A DNA stretch of 64,000 nt, taken from Okamejei kenojei. Lineage: Eukaryota. The translations under genes and the position numbers were made by a program. The DNA lies in assembly GCA_035221665.1 (NCBI GenBank), contig CM069142.1, forward strand, positions 34,410,001-34,474,000, in the 5' to 3' direction. A model generated the notes under the pieces. It was not told the DNA's origin, searched no databases, and was given only the letters and a program-made list of their open reading frames with translations. Positions 11,801 through 24,509 of this stretch are shown here, piece after piece; the stretch's first letter is position 1, and each line of letters opens with the position of its first letter.

Positions 11801-12835
11801 ATAAAAGTCACAAGGTACAAGAGAAAAAGTAGAGAAGCAAGATTATTTGGTTCATCTTGCCAAAATGGGAGCCCTATTTCATTTTGTGGATACAAAGAAA
11901 TGCAGGATGCTGGTTCACAAAAAAAAAAAAGGACAAAGTGCTGGAGTAACTCAGCAGGCCAAGCAGCATCTCTGGAGAACTTGGACAGGTGATGTTTCGG
12001 GTCTGAAGAAGGGTCCAGAACTCTCCATGTTCTCCGGGGATGCTGCCTGACCCGCTGAGTTACTCCAGCACTTTGTCTTTTTTTTTTGTGAACCAACATC
12101 TGCATTTCTTTGTATCCACAAATGAAATAGGGCTCCCATTTTGGTAAGATGTCTGTCTGACTCGCTGTGTTACTCCAGCACTTTGTGCCCATATTTAATC
12201 TATTCTGCTCTAAATCTTTTTCATTAAGGTATTAAAGGAATTATCTAATAAATAGCATTAATATCACATTGCAATGTAAATAATCACACTGACCTGTCCA
12301 TATAAAGTTTAATTTAGTTTAGTTTAGAGATACAGCATGGAAACAAGCCCTTTGGCCCACGGAGTCTGTGCCGACCATCGATTGCCTTACACTAGTTCTA
12401 TCCTACACTCTAGGGGCAATTTACAGAAGCCAATTAACCTTTAGGCTTGGGACAGCTGATAAGGAGGGGGTTTAAGTGGTGCTTTTTATTTCTCACACCC
12501 TCTATTGTACAATTTTAGGTAGTGGGAAGGGAGTGCAGAGATTAAGGCACCTGAGCTGGATAGATCCCCGTACATCATACCACAAAATGGCAGCAAAAGA
12601 CAGAGACAGGCCCGTCTCTGAAACGTTCTTTATGTTTTGTCGCCATCTGTTCTTCCTCCTCCCAGTAGAGTGGAGGGTAAGGGCTCGAGGGGGCAGCTGC
12701 AATTCTGATACAAGTTGCATTTTAATTGACAGCCCCCACCCCCCTGATTTCACCACCTGAGCGTCTCGCAGGTCTGCTCCCCAGCCACTCACCTGTTTGT
12801 TCCAATCTCACCCCCGTAGGCGTCATTCCCCCGTG

Positions 12836-13110
12836 AGGCGGCATGGTGGTGCAGTGGTAGAGTTGCTGCCTCACAGCGCCAGAGATCCGGGTTTCATCCT
12901 GACTACGGGTGCTGCCTATGTGTGTGGAGTTTGCACGTTCTCCCCGTGACCACGTGGGTTTTTTCCGGGTGCTCCAGTTTCCTCCCACACTCCAAACGCG
13001 TGCGGGTTTGTAGGTTAATTGGCTTTGGAAATAAATGTAAATTGTCCCTAGTGTGTAGGAAAGTGTTAGTGAACGCTGGTCAGCATGGACTAGGTGGGCT
13101 GAAGAACGTG
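12836..13110 (+). mobile_element. HE1/V-SINE
   Basis: tRNA-like A/B-box head GGTGGTGCAGTGG...GGGTTTCATCC and V-domain. Confidence 0.75.
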
Positions 13111-14229
13111 GTTCCACATGTGACAATAATAAACCTAAACCTACATCTAAATGATGGTGTAAACATGGGCATTAAAATGTTGCTCTAATTCACTGGCTCA
13201 ATATATACCTGCAGCAATTAGACACCAGTTGTGTATGAGTGTTCAGAATGGCAATGCTCTAAGCTGTCATTTGAACTTTCTGTTATTGTGGAAAAATATG
13301 CTCTTGTGAATTTACATATATGGTGAGCTCAGGTACAGCACAGGAACAGGCCCTTCAGCCCACCATGTCTGTGCTGAACACGATGCCAGGTTAAACCAAT
13401 TACTGCCTGCACATAATCCATATCCTTCCATCCTCTGCCTATCTAAAAGTCTCTTAAACTACACTATCGTTAAAGGTCTGAGGAAGGGCTCTGATCCAAA
13501 ACGTCAACTATGTCCCCCAGAGAAGCTTCCTGACAGACTCAGTTACTCCAGCATTTTGCATCTATCTGCAGTTCTTTGATTCCACGTCCTACAAGCGATT
13601 GCCGTGCTTTGTCCCGCCCACACCTCTTTTCCAGCTTTCCTCCCCCCTCTCAGTCTGAAGAAGGGCCCCACTCTGAAGCGTCTATTGTCCATTCCCTCCA
13701 CAGGTGCTGCCTGACCCGCTGAGTTCCTCCAGCATTTTGTGTTTTGCCAAAGATTCTGGCATCTGCAGTTCCTTGTGTGTCTTATTTACAGGTACATGCT
13801 TTGTTTCAGTGAGGAGTCATGTCAATGAAAGATTATTATTAAACTTTGCACACGATCTTTGCTGCCTTTGATGTCTGGCCACAGTTTGAGGTCTGAGAAA
13901 TATCTCAAAATTGCCTTCAACCGTGTAATCGTTAGTAAGATTACAGTTTAGCTAAAGCCAAGCCTGGCCCTGGGGTGAATAAACACTGAGGAATTCATGC
14001 AGAAATATGCATGTATACGTCAAAATACCAAGAAGAATATTACTGTTGTCGTAAAACACTCGGCCGAGGCTAACTGACGAGACTCCCAGCAGTCAGACCA
14101 AACACTCCGAAGCTGTAATAAATCATCTGGATTCCAGTTCAATTAGTTGCAAGGCCGATCCTTTGCTAAATTAAAGGCCCATTGTTCAGACATACCCGGT
14201 CTGTCTGATTGGGTTAACGGATGGTGATG

Positions 14230-15130
14230 TCTGACGGCACTGGGCCTGTACTCGCTGGAGTTTAGAAGGATGAGGTGAGACATAATTGAAACTATCTGAA
14301 TAGTAAAGGGCCTAGATAGAGTGGATGTGGAGAAGATGTTTCCACTAGTGGGAGAGTCTAGGACCAGAGGTCACAGCCTCAGAATCTCTTTTAGAAAGGA
14401 GATGAGAAGGACTTCCTTTCGCCAGAGGATGGTGAATCTGTGGAATTAATTGCCACTGATGGTTGTGGGGGAGAAGTCATTGGGTATTTTAGGCCACAGC
14501 TGCCACTGCCCCTCAGCTCCAGGAACCCATGTCCGATCCTGACCTCCGGTGCCGTCAGTGTGGAGTTTGCACGTTCTCCCTGTAACCGCTTGGGTTTTCT
14601 CTGGGTGCTCCGCTTTCCTCACACATCCCAAAGACGTGCGGGTTTTTAGGTTAATTGGCCTCTGTAAATTGCCCCTACTGTTTAGGGAGTAGATGTGAAA
14701 GTAGGATAACGTAGAACTAGAGTGAAAGGATGATCGCTGGTCGGCGTGGTCTCGGTGGGCCAAAGGGCCTATTTTCATGCTGATAAATGTATATAAGATT
14801 ACGAGAGGCAGAGATAGGGTAGACAGAACCTTTTCCCAGGGTGAAAATGTTAAAGATTAGAGGGCATAACTTTAAGGTGAGAAGGGAAAAGTTTAAAGGA
14901 GATGTACAGGGCATGTTTTTTTTAACACAGAGGCTGGTGAATGCCTGGAACGTGCTGCCTGGGGTGGTGGTGAGGGCAGACACGTTTAAGAGACTTTTAC
15001 AGAAGCACATGGAGATGCAGGGAATGGAGGGACATGCATCGCGTGCAGGCAAATAAGGTCAATTTATCTTGCCATCATTCGGTACAAACATTGTGGGCCA
15101 AAGGGCCTGTTCCTGTGTTGTAATTTTCTG
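14230..15130 (+). mobile_element. CR1 3' fragments with an intervening V-SINE (~14495-14780)
   Basis: LYSLEFRR- and RGHNFKVR..FFLTQRLVNAWN-type CR1 coding remnants. Confidence 0.65.
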
Positions 15131-15382
15131 TGTCTTTTGATGAGTAAATAACACAGAATAGATTGTTAAAGTCACGTCACTGGAGGGTAATAGAGCAAAA
15201 ACTCTAACGTACCCATTCAGATAAATTAGTAAGTTCTATAATTTGCTAATATGGGTTCAAACACAAACCAGAGTGGCATTTTCATTTTGACCTGCTCATT
15301 TAATTATATGTTGGTTTCTTTCTACTTGGAAGATCAGTTTCAGTATTAAGAAACAAGGCAGGAAGGAACTCTCCACAGCAAT

Positions 15383-15670
15383 TGGGGCGGCACGGCCAGC
15401 TGCCTTACAGCACCGGAGACCTGGGTTCGATCCTGACTCGCGGTGCTGTCTGTACGGAGTTTATACGTTCTCCCTGTGACCATGTGGGTTTCCTCCGGGC
15501 ACTCCAGTTTCCTCCCACTCTCCAAAGATGTGCAGTTTTGTAGGTTAATTGGCTTCCCTAAATTGTAAGTTGTCCCTAGTGCGTAGGATAGTGCTCGTGT
15601 ACGGGGTGATCTCTGGTTGGCATGGACTCAGTGGGCCGAAGGGCCTGTTTCCATGCTGTATCTCTAAAGT
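15383..15670 (+). mobile_element. HE1/V-SINE
   Basis: Head with GGGTTCGATCC B box, V-domain and tail GGGCCGAAGGGCCTGTTTCC. Confidence 0.75.
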
Positions 15671-16720
15671 TTACATTTGTAAGGGTCCTGACCCGAAACA
15701 TCGCCTGTCCATTCCCTCCACAGATGCTGCCTGACCTGCTGAGTTCCTCCAGCACTTTGCGTTCAGCTCTTGATTCCAGCATCTGCAGTTCCTTGTGTCT
15801 CCATTTGTTGCTTACAATCTTGTGATCTGGAACTGACTGACAGGGAAGTGGGAAATGATTCATTAGTAATTGTCATGAAGAAATTTGACAGAGAGAATTC
15901 TCAGGACATTGGGGAGTGGGAAAATTGGGTAGTCCATGAAAACAGCCGTCATGGGCAGAGTAATTGTAATTTGCTTGGTTGAACAAGAGTTGACTACCTC
16001 ACCCAGCCGACATGGTTAACATGCCCAAACATATTGTAGAAGGTGCAGCTTGATATATGTGAGCTCTGTGGGCCGTGTAGACTGATCTTATGGAGAGGGA
16101 GTGGAGAAATGAGTCAATACGAACTCCACAATGTGAAAGTGAAGGCAATGCCAAGTTAGCATTATCTTCTGGTTTAAAAATTAAATAATTTCTGTTTCCT
16201 CCACAAGCACCATAAAAAAATAAAACTGAAATTAGAGGCAGACAAGGAGTAATCTATCTATATTACTAAAAGTCTGATCTTGACCACTTCCTGTTGTTCT
16301 GTATATTAATTTTAGAAAAAATGCTGCCATTTACGGCTGTGATTTTTGGCCATCTTATTCAGAGTCCCCCTCCGCTGGGCAGGACAAGAGGATTTTTCCC
16401 ATCGATGAAAACTAAAAAAGTTATTAGTATTTCAAAAATGTTGAGATTCTCTCTCCTGTCAATCACGCCATGAAGGCCACGCCCCTTCTGGTGGGGGGGG
16501 AGGGACTATAAAACCCAGAAGTGTGGGCGGTGGCTCAGTCTCTGCAAGATGGAGGAGGGAGAGGTCACGACTTTGTCTTTAGTGGCTTTGCACCCTGCTT
16601 GAAATGGTATGAAACTGCTCTTGAATTTGGTGGCCTTGCACCCTGCTTGAAGTGGTAAGAAACTGCACTTGCATTTGGTGGCCTTGCACCCTGCTTGAAA
16701 TGGAATTTCAAGGAATAACC

Positions 16721-16774
16721 GGGCTGGAAGATTGCAACCTTCACGTGGTCCGCCCTGTTTCGACTAATGCAATC
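16721..16774 (+). ncRNA. Predicted minimal HDV-like ribozyme (one P1 mismatch)
   Basis: GGGCUGG/CCGCCCU, P2 GAUUGCA/UGCAAUC, P3 ACC/GGU, L3 UUCACGU, CUAA. Confidence 0.65.
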
Positions 16775-16854
16775 AACTCGACGTGCACAAACAGAAGATC
16801 AAATAGAACAAGTTGTCCAACAACTTGTAGGCTGTGCACGCCACACAGAAGAAG
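16721..16854 (+). mobile_element. Short non-autonomous retroelement with HDV-like ribozyme head and (GAA)n tail, copy 2
   Basis: TSD AAGGAATAACC (16710-16720 / 16855-16865); inserted in a Helitron-like element; same 5' start as copy 1. Confidence 0.8.
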
Positions 16855-17349
16855 AAGGAATAACCGTGAGTCAACTGCCAGCCCACCAGCCGTGAGTGAG
16901 TGAGCTGCCAGCACAACAGGCTTGAGTGACTGAGCCGCCAGCCCAAAAATCCATTTGGCCCACAATGTCCATACTAGCCCTCTGGAAACCAGTCCCTTCA
17001 GCCCACAACACCCATACTAGCGCTCGAGAAAGCCCCCCACTGGCCACCAATATTGGAATTGGTGGAGAGGTGGAATATTGCGTTGGGGGACCAGCCCTCC
17101 CGTGTGATGCTGAGACCCAACGGCTCCCACTTAGCTTAGTAGGTAATATATTCTTGTGATAATAATTTGCCAATTCTACTCAGTCAATACGTAGAAACGA
17201 AGAACTGCAGATGCTGGTTCATACCAAAGATAGACACAAAGTGCTGAAGAAGGGTGTAGGTCCTGATCCGAAATGTCACCCATCCTTTCTCTCCAGAGAT
17301 GCTGCCTGACTCGTTGAGTTCCTCCAGCACTTTTTGACTCGGTCAAAGT

Positions 17350-18030
17350 TCTGATCAGAATTCTGTTCACCACATTTGTTTCCACAATTCTCTGCAATTT
17401 CTTGTGGTCTTGGATTGAGCTGTTCTCAAACGATGCATCCTGATAAAATGCTTTCTACGCCGCATCTGTAGAAATATGTGAGAGTTGTTGGAGGACATGC
17501 CGATCCTCCTAAGCCTTCCAAGGAAGTAGAAGCATTGGTGTCCTTTCTTGGCTATTGCTTCGATATGGGTGATCCAGGAGAGTTGCTGGTAATAGTTACT
17601 CCTAGAAACTTGAAGTGTTCGACCATCTCTACTTTGGTGCCGTCAATACAAACTGGGGTATGTGTACTGCCTCGCTACCCGGAGTCGATCACTATCTCCT
17701 TTGTCTTGTGGGCATTGAGAGAAAGGTTGTTGTCTCAATACCAGGTCAGGAAGTTCTGAATCTCCTTCCTGTACTCCGTCTCATCATTATTTGATATCCA
17801 ATTTCATCTGCAAATTTGTAAATTGAATTGGATTTGTAATTGGCCACACAGTCACGGGTGCACAAGGAGTAAAGAAGGGGCTGAGAACACATCCTTACGG
17901 AGCACCAGTGTTGAGGATTATCGTAGAGGATGATTTGTCCCCTATCCTGACTGATTGGGGTCTGTTGGTTAGAAAGTTGAATATACAGTTGCAGGGATGA
18001 ATCCTGATTCCAAGTTTCATGAGCTTGGAT
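17350..18030 (-). mobile_element. Rex1/Babar-type LINE RT fragment
   Basis: [27 protein letters not shown] and KFADE, homologous to the RT at 37417-38772. Confidence 0.7.
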
Positions 18031-18355
18031 GGGATAGAAACATAGCCAGCACCTTCGAGCCAGCACTGCCGTTCAATATGATCATCTAAAATCAGTACCC
18101 CGTTCCTGCTTTTTTCCCCCATTATCCCTTGATTCTTTGATTATGGTATTAATAGTAGAGCTGTAGACAGGGGGGAAATATGGGGAAATGGTTCTTATCC
18201 CGAAGTAGCATATGCATCCGTGAACAAAATTTTTGGATCTCATTTGATTTGATGTTTTTGCAGGTTGTCACGTATTGCACCTTCTATCCTCCAGATGGGG
18301 CTATTGAGCTGATCATTTCCACCTTGCATCTGAAATAACCCAGCCATTATTGTAG

Positions 18356-18551
18356 CGAAATATGCTGGAGAAACTCAGCAGGTGAGGCAGCATCTATGGA
18401 GCGAAGGAAATAGGCAACGTTTCAGGTCGAGACCCTTCTTCAGACCCCAAACATCGCCTATTTCCTTCACTCCATAGATGCTGCCTCACCTGCTGAGTTT
18501 CTCCAGCATTATGTCTACCTTTGATTTTCCAGCATCTGCAGTTCCTTCTTT
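18356..18551. mobile_element. Penelope-derived fold-back short element
   Basis: Inverted arms around a hammerhead-like motif; TSD AGCCATTATTGTAG (18342-18355 / 18552-18565). Confidence 0.75.
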
Positions 18552-19704
18552 AGCCATTATTGTAGTTATTTTAGTTGAAACTTTGACCTCTTTTATCGGC
18601 GTAGGCAACATATTCTCCTACAATATATGTTAGGACATCTCAATGCTATCAAAAACATGTCTGACCTTGGTCATTCTTCCTTCTCCCTGTTCCCATCTGG
18701 CAGAAGCTACAGAAGCTTGAAAGCGCATACCATCAGACTCGGGACAGCTACCTCCCCTCTATTATCAGGCTTCTGAACAGCCCTTCCGTAAGCTAGGGTA
18801 CTGTTCGATTCATCTCTATCTCATTGAGGACATTGGACCTTGTCTCTGGCACTGGTGCTGCCACACCCTGTATCTTCCCCTTAGCTCGACCTGTTGTTGA
18901 AACAAGGATATGCAAAGGATGATTTGCAAAAAAAGGCACAAAATGCTGGAGTAACTCAGGGGGTCAGGGACATCTCTGGAGAACATGGACAGGTGACCTT
19001 GTAGGTCAAGACCCTTCCAAAGATGGAAGAAGGGTGTCGACCAAAAACAAAAAGCTTTTCACTCTACCTTGGTACACATGACAATAATAATAAACTAAAC
19101 TAAACACATACATTTTCTCCATAGATGCTGCCTGACCCACTGAGTTACTCCAGCTCTTTGTGACTCTACCTATTGTACCTGAGTGTGCCTTGATTGTATT
19201 TATATATAGTATTGTCTGAACTGATTAGATAGCACGCAAAACAAAGCTTTTCACTCTACCTTGGCACACATGACAATAATAATAAAAAACCTGAACTTGT
19301 CTGCCTGCTCGGGATCCACGTCCATCTATTCCCTTCATATCAGGTGACCATCTAAAAGCCTCTTAAACGCCACTAACACAGTAAAATGTTGCATGGTATT
19401 TCAGGAGAGTGAAATTAAATAAAGATTTACACCAATTCAATAAAAAATAATTGATTTCACAGCTCTGTGTTTTGGATTCAATGTCTAGACCACTTAGAAC
19501 ATAAAACAGAACACCACAGAAATAGGCCCTTCAGCCTATAATGTCGATCCCAAACAAGATCCCAATTAAACTAATTGTTAATGTGTATTGTCTTTCTGCT
19601 GACTGGTTAGCACACAACAAAAGCTTTAGCTCTACCTCGTTACACATGACAAACTAAACTAATCTCCTTTGACTGCACGTGGTCCATATCCCTCCATATC
19701 CAAG

Positions 19705-20115
19705 TGTAAGTTAGTTCAGTAAAACACCGAGTCAAGCACTGGACCACTAAACTTTATTTTTTAAACAATAACAAACTCCCTACACAATACCTAACCACCG
19801 GGGGTCTGATCCCTGTCTCTGCTTGTTCATGCCCTTCAGCCTCATGAAACAGATATATCCAAAAGGTTGCAAAGTCCCAAACACCCCTCCAGAAGACAAC
19901 GATCCTAGTGGGGATTACTTTTTATAGGTCATCGGACCCTGTGGGGCAGAATTACATGGGGCTGGCAACCCCTACAAACCAATCACACATATTGATCACC
20001 TTATGCAGTAATTGACAGTTCCCCAACCCAATTACAAGGTACCCCATTACAATGTTTCTACAGAAGCCTCTGGAAAGAAGTCAGTTGACCAAGTAATGCA
20101 ACATTTCCCCAGGTA
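19705..20115 (-). repeat. 3' LTR (upstream U3 part missing)
   Basis: Matches ~32907-33314 at roughly 95% by eye; TATA box and AATAAA on the minus strand; ends ...TTACA. Confidence 0.8.
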
Positions 20116-20329
20116 TGATTTCAGCTGTGTTCAGTCTAGATTTCTCTACAGGTGTGACTCCTATTTGAAACAAAACTATGGGAAGTAATTTTAATCAAAC
20201 CAATTTCAGTCTTGCCTCTAATTTAGTCTATTTTAGTTTTAAGGGTTTGATCTGCCCTTTCTACAAATCCAGCAGCCTGTGATCGCTAATCACATTACAA
20301 TTGCTGCTGGTTCTCCAGCTGTTCCATAA

Positions 20330-20535
20330 GTTATATGAGTTTGTTCTAACATGATGTGGATCCTCATCTAAACTAAGTCGAATAAGAATGCCAAATTAGG
20401 GATAATTTCTCTTTAACTCCTTGTAGCCGCTTTATTATCAAAGTTGGACAAGTTTTGATCCACCAGCTGAATGCATTGACTTTGGCAAACATGTACCTAT
20501 AACCCCGGCACCTCCTTTAATTTGATGTAATCCTT
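20330..20535 (-). pseudogene. Degenerate retroviral integrase core
   Basis: With frameshifts reads DYIKL..GYRYMFAKVNAFSWWIKTCPT...REIIP..GILIRLSLD, resembling integrase DF..GYKYLLV.VD.FS.WVEAFP...EIIPRFG.P..L.SD. Confidence 0.55.
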
Positions 20536-22179
20536 TTTTAATATCTTAAACAGACCCATAGGCAATAATGGTTCTTTTTCTCAAGGTGGTTAGCATCGAC
20601 CTCTTGGAGGGAGGCCTGTTCTTTAAACTATTAGCTTATTATTTTTGTACTATCATCTTACGTTCCCAGGGTATTCTTTCTCTGCCAGATTAGCACCGCG
20701 ATTCCTGATATCTGTTAGGGTCTGTCCTCTCCTTGATGATCACTAAATAATCCTGTCCTGTTTCTGACTGTTTTTCTGGGGGTGAGACAAGAAAAGATAC
20801 TAGGTTAATTTATGTACAGTGCCTAAATCAAAATGTTCAGTTATTTCTGAAAATCCCATGCTATTCTGGTAAGCCATTGTCAAGTACTAAGTTTTAAAGT
20901 CATTCCAATAACACTGCCATGGACATGAACCATGTCCTACAATTTCCCGATAGAGGGTCAAATATGCAAATGGTTATAAATTGTTATACACAGTAGTTAG
21001 AATTTGGGTGCAGAGTGGGTGTCCCCTGGTTACGGAGCTATATCTATTCCCATGTTTTTGTGTCGGACTTGAAATTGCCCATTCAGACAAAACAACACAG
21101 TAGGACCAGAAAGGACTGTCGTACAATGATCTTTCCAAAGTGGGAGCTTGCCTCAATGATCTCTTTAATCTCTGGAGGCTTCCCGTACCCTCTTAATTCA
21201 CTGAGACTCGATTCATCTTCTTCGCTGGTATGAAGTGTTCATTCTTTAATTTTTCTGAGTTAAGATGTTAGCAGGGTTTGGCACTGGTATATGTATGAAG
21301 CAGCTTTACAATTGAGTTAATTGCTGTTAGATTTTGTACCAGTTTATATTGATCTTCTCCTTTCAGTTTCTGAACTGCAAGAGTCGGGATGTCACTGCAA
21401 GGAGCAGCCTTTATAGTTCTTGCAGATTGACTAGTAGTTTTACTCTGGCATTCCCCAGATCAATCTGTCAATACTGTAGGTGGCCTATGGTCTTGGATAT
21501 TAAAGGAAAAGTGTTAGCACTTTCTGGGGAGCTACTTAGATGGGATTAATGCTCACACACCCTACCTGAGCTGTGTCTTCTGCCCGTTCTGGAGGGTTCA
21601 CATGCCTCACTCCCCAGATGATGACGTAGGTAGGTAACACTGTCCTGGAGGCCTAATAAAACTCAACAACATTTTAGTTAGATACACTTGCTATATAATT
21701 GGTCGGGTCCGCCACAGTGATTGCTCCTTTCCACTATTGCTCCTGAGTCTCTTGCATTTCCTGGATATTTTTTAATCTTACTGCTATCTCAGTGTATTCT
21801 ACAGCTCCCTCCTCTCCTTCAACTAGTGCCAAATCTTATTCTCGTCGAGTTCTTTCACATCACCAACAGTTACTTTGTCTCCCTTCTTGGTCTCTTTATT
21901 GCTTCTTTGTTCTTCTCATACTCTGTTCTATTTTGTCTTTTTGCGGGGCCTTCCCTGCTCTAGTGACCTAATTGGTTACAATTGAAGCAGACTCCTGTGG
22001 CTGCTACTTTCTTTACTTTAAAATATTCCTCAGGGTATATTTGGGGCTTTTTGCCATTTTCTCTTGATCCTGGGTTATTCTCCTCTACTCTCTTCCCTGT
22101 ACCATTCTCAGTGTTTTAGGGTGATGGTGTACGTAACTCCTTTAGGTTATTTTAATAGGTTTCGAGGTAGGGATCAGGT

Positions 22180-23088
22180 TGTTTTAGCTGTGAGGAGGAT
22201 GCTAGGAGGCTGCAAGGTGACTTGGATAGGTTGGGTGAGTGGGCAAATGCATGGCAGATGCAGTATAATGTGGATAAATGTGAGATTATCCACTTTGGCG
22301 GCAAAACAGGAGGGTAGACTATTATCTGAATGGTGACCGATTAGGGAAAGGGGAGATGCAACGAGACCTGGGTGTCATGGTGCACCAGTCATTGAAAGTA
22401 GGCATGCAGGTGCAGCAGGCTGTGAAGAAAGCAAATGGTATGTTGGCATTCATAGCAAAAGGATTTGAGTAGAAGAGCAGGGAGGTTCTACTGCAGTTGT
22501 ACAGGGTTTTGGTGAGACCACACCTGGAGTATTGCGTACAGTTTTGGTCTCCTAATCTGAGGAAAGACATTCTTGCCATAGAGGGAGTACAGAGAAGGTT
22601 CACCAGACTGATTCCTGGGATGGCAGGACTTCCATATGAAGAAAGACTGGATAGACTCGGCTTGTACTCGCTGGAATTTAGGAGTTTGTGGGGGATCTTA
22701 CAGAGACTTACAAAATTCTTAAGGGGTTGGACAGGCTAGATGCAGGAAGATTGTCCCGATGTTGGGGAACTCCAGAACAAGGGGTCACAGTTTAAGGATA
22801 AGGGGGAAGTCTTTTAGGACCGAGATGAGAAGATCTTTTTTCACACAGAGAGTGGTGAATCTGTGGAATTCTCTGCCACAGAAGGTAGTTGAGGCCAGTT
22901 CATTTTCTATATTTAAGAAGGAGTTAGATGTGGCCATTGTGGCTAAGGGATCAGGGGGTATGGAGAGAAGGCAGGTACAGGATACTGAGTTGGATGATCA
23001 GCCATGATCACATTGAATGTGGTGCAGGCTCGAAGGGCCGAATGGCCTACTCCTGCACCTATTTTCTATGTTTCTATGTTTCTATGTT
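22180..23088 (+). mobile_element. CR1 LINE 3' fragment inserted in ERV gag
   Basis: [18 protein letters not shown]...; (TTTCTATG)n tail. Confidence 0.85.
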
Positions 23089-23694
23089 TTGTCCGTAAAT
23101 TCTGGACTGGCCGGCGGATCAGGAATGTGAAAATGGGTTGGTTTGTGAAAAAGGTGTTTGTCTTCTTGATCCCTGACCTTCTGACCAGCTTACTCTACGC
23201 TCTCCCTGATCGCTAGGATTTAAAGGTTTTCTATAATCTCTAGGATCTCGAGTGCTCTTGTAATTTCTAGGGTCCCAAAGGTTCCTTTGACCTCGTGACT
23301 CTCTTCTTTGACCCCCTTCTTCCTACCCATTCCCTCGTTGGACATGATCTACTCCAATGCCCTGTTTCACCACAAGTATAGCACTGATCTGGTCCTACCA
23401 TTTTATTCCTTCTCCAATTTAGTTTAAGGTAAATCAGCTCTAAGGCAGGTATGTCATAGAACTTATCCGCTGGGAGTTGTTTTTCCCAAATTTCAAATTC
23501 ACGATCTGTCATTATTCTAGGATCCCGCCCGTCCTAAGTCTGATTTTGGCAACTCCTTTTTAACCACGTACTCTGTCTTTATTTTATCTGCAGGCTGACC
23601 TTCCCGCTCTTTTATATCTCTCCAGTGGTATCTCACTGCCCGAGCCATCTGACTGGCACTGTTGTTTGACCAGTTTATATTATTAGCTCTGATT

Positions 23695-23957
23695 GATTCA
23701 GCCCCCACCCCAGTCACACCAGCTTCTCATTTTCACACCACAAACAGCTTACAATGGCTTGTTCCCTTTATCATCGATACTTTTTTGCATATCTTTCATT
23801 CATTGTTCCTTATCTCTCCACATCACCGTCTATATCTCTCGTTTCCCTGATCCCTGACCAGTCTGAAGAAGGGTCTCGACCCGAAACGTCGCCTATCTCC
23901 TTCGCTCCTTAGATGCTGCTGCACCCGCTGAGTTTCTCCATCTTTTTGTGTACCCTT
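23695..23957 (+). mobile_element. Penelope 3' fragment with intact minimal hammerhead motif (23863-23890)
   Basis: CTGAAGA-A-GGGT(CTCG)ACCC-GAAAC-GTC. Confidence 0.7.
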
Positions 23958-24384
23958 GGTAGGAAGACAGTTCAGTAATATAGCACAGTATTGCGGAGAA
24001 TTTGCCCTACTCCGATAATCTAGGTCACCTGATTGATCTGTGTGCAGGTCTGAAAATCTTTCCAAGAACTCATCTGCTCCCTCTTCTTTCTTTGGTTTTA
24101 TCTCCAAAATTCTAGCTAGATCAATTGGTTTCTGAAAGATATTCACAAGGGCAAACTGCCTCTTCCCTTGCACTACTGTCTGTTATTACATCAGCCAATG
24201 CTTCATGTGTTGGATGTCCTAAGGCTGTTAGAAATCTGATGTGTTGGAGTAATTGTCTGTTGTATCACATCCCACAGGTGTCGGGAGTCTACATAATGTC
24301 CATGCATTGTAGTTCTCAAGTAATCTGCAAAGGAAGCAGGTGACTTCTTTCTATCAGGGATCCTGCCCAACACTGTCATCATCT

Positions 24385-24509
24385 GAAGAAGGGTCTTAAC
24401 CCGAAACGTCGCCTATCTCCTTCGCTCCATAGATGCTGCTGCACCCGCTGAGTTTCTCCAGCATTTTGTGTACCCTCGATTCTCCAGCATCTGCAGTTCC
24501 TTCTTTAAC
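24385..24509 (+). mobile_element. Penelope-derived short element starting at the hammerhead core
   Basis: TSD ACACTGTCATCATCT (24370-24384 / 24510-24524). Confidence 0.75.

Larger units (their letters stand above)
16257..17139 (+). mobile_element. Non-autonomous Helitron-like element
   Basis: A|TCTATATTACTAAAA 5' end; 3' imperfect hairpin followed by ...TTAG|T; no TSD; internal ~47-bp tandem repeats (16585-16700); 3' end similar to 44531-44560. Confidence 0.6.

Noticed and set aside
12836-12910. tRNA genes at SINE heads (here and elsewhere)
   Set aside because: A/B boxes run directly into the V-SINE body with no complete cloverleaf.
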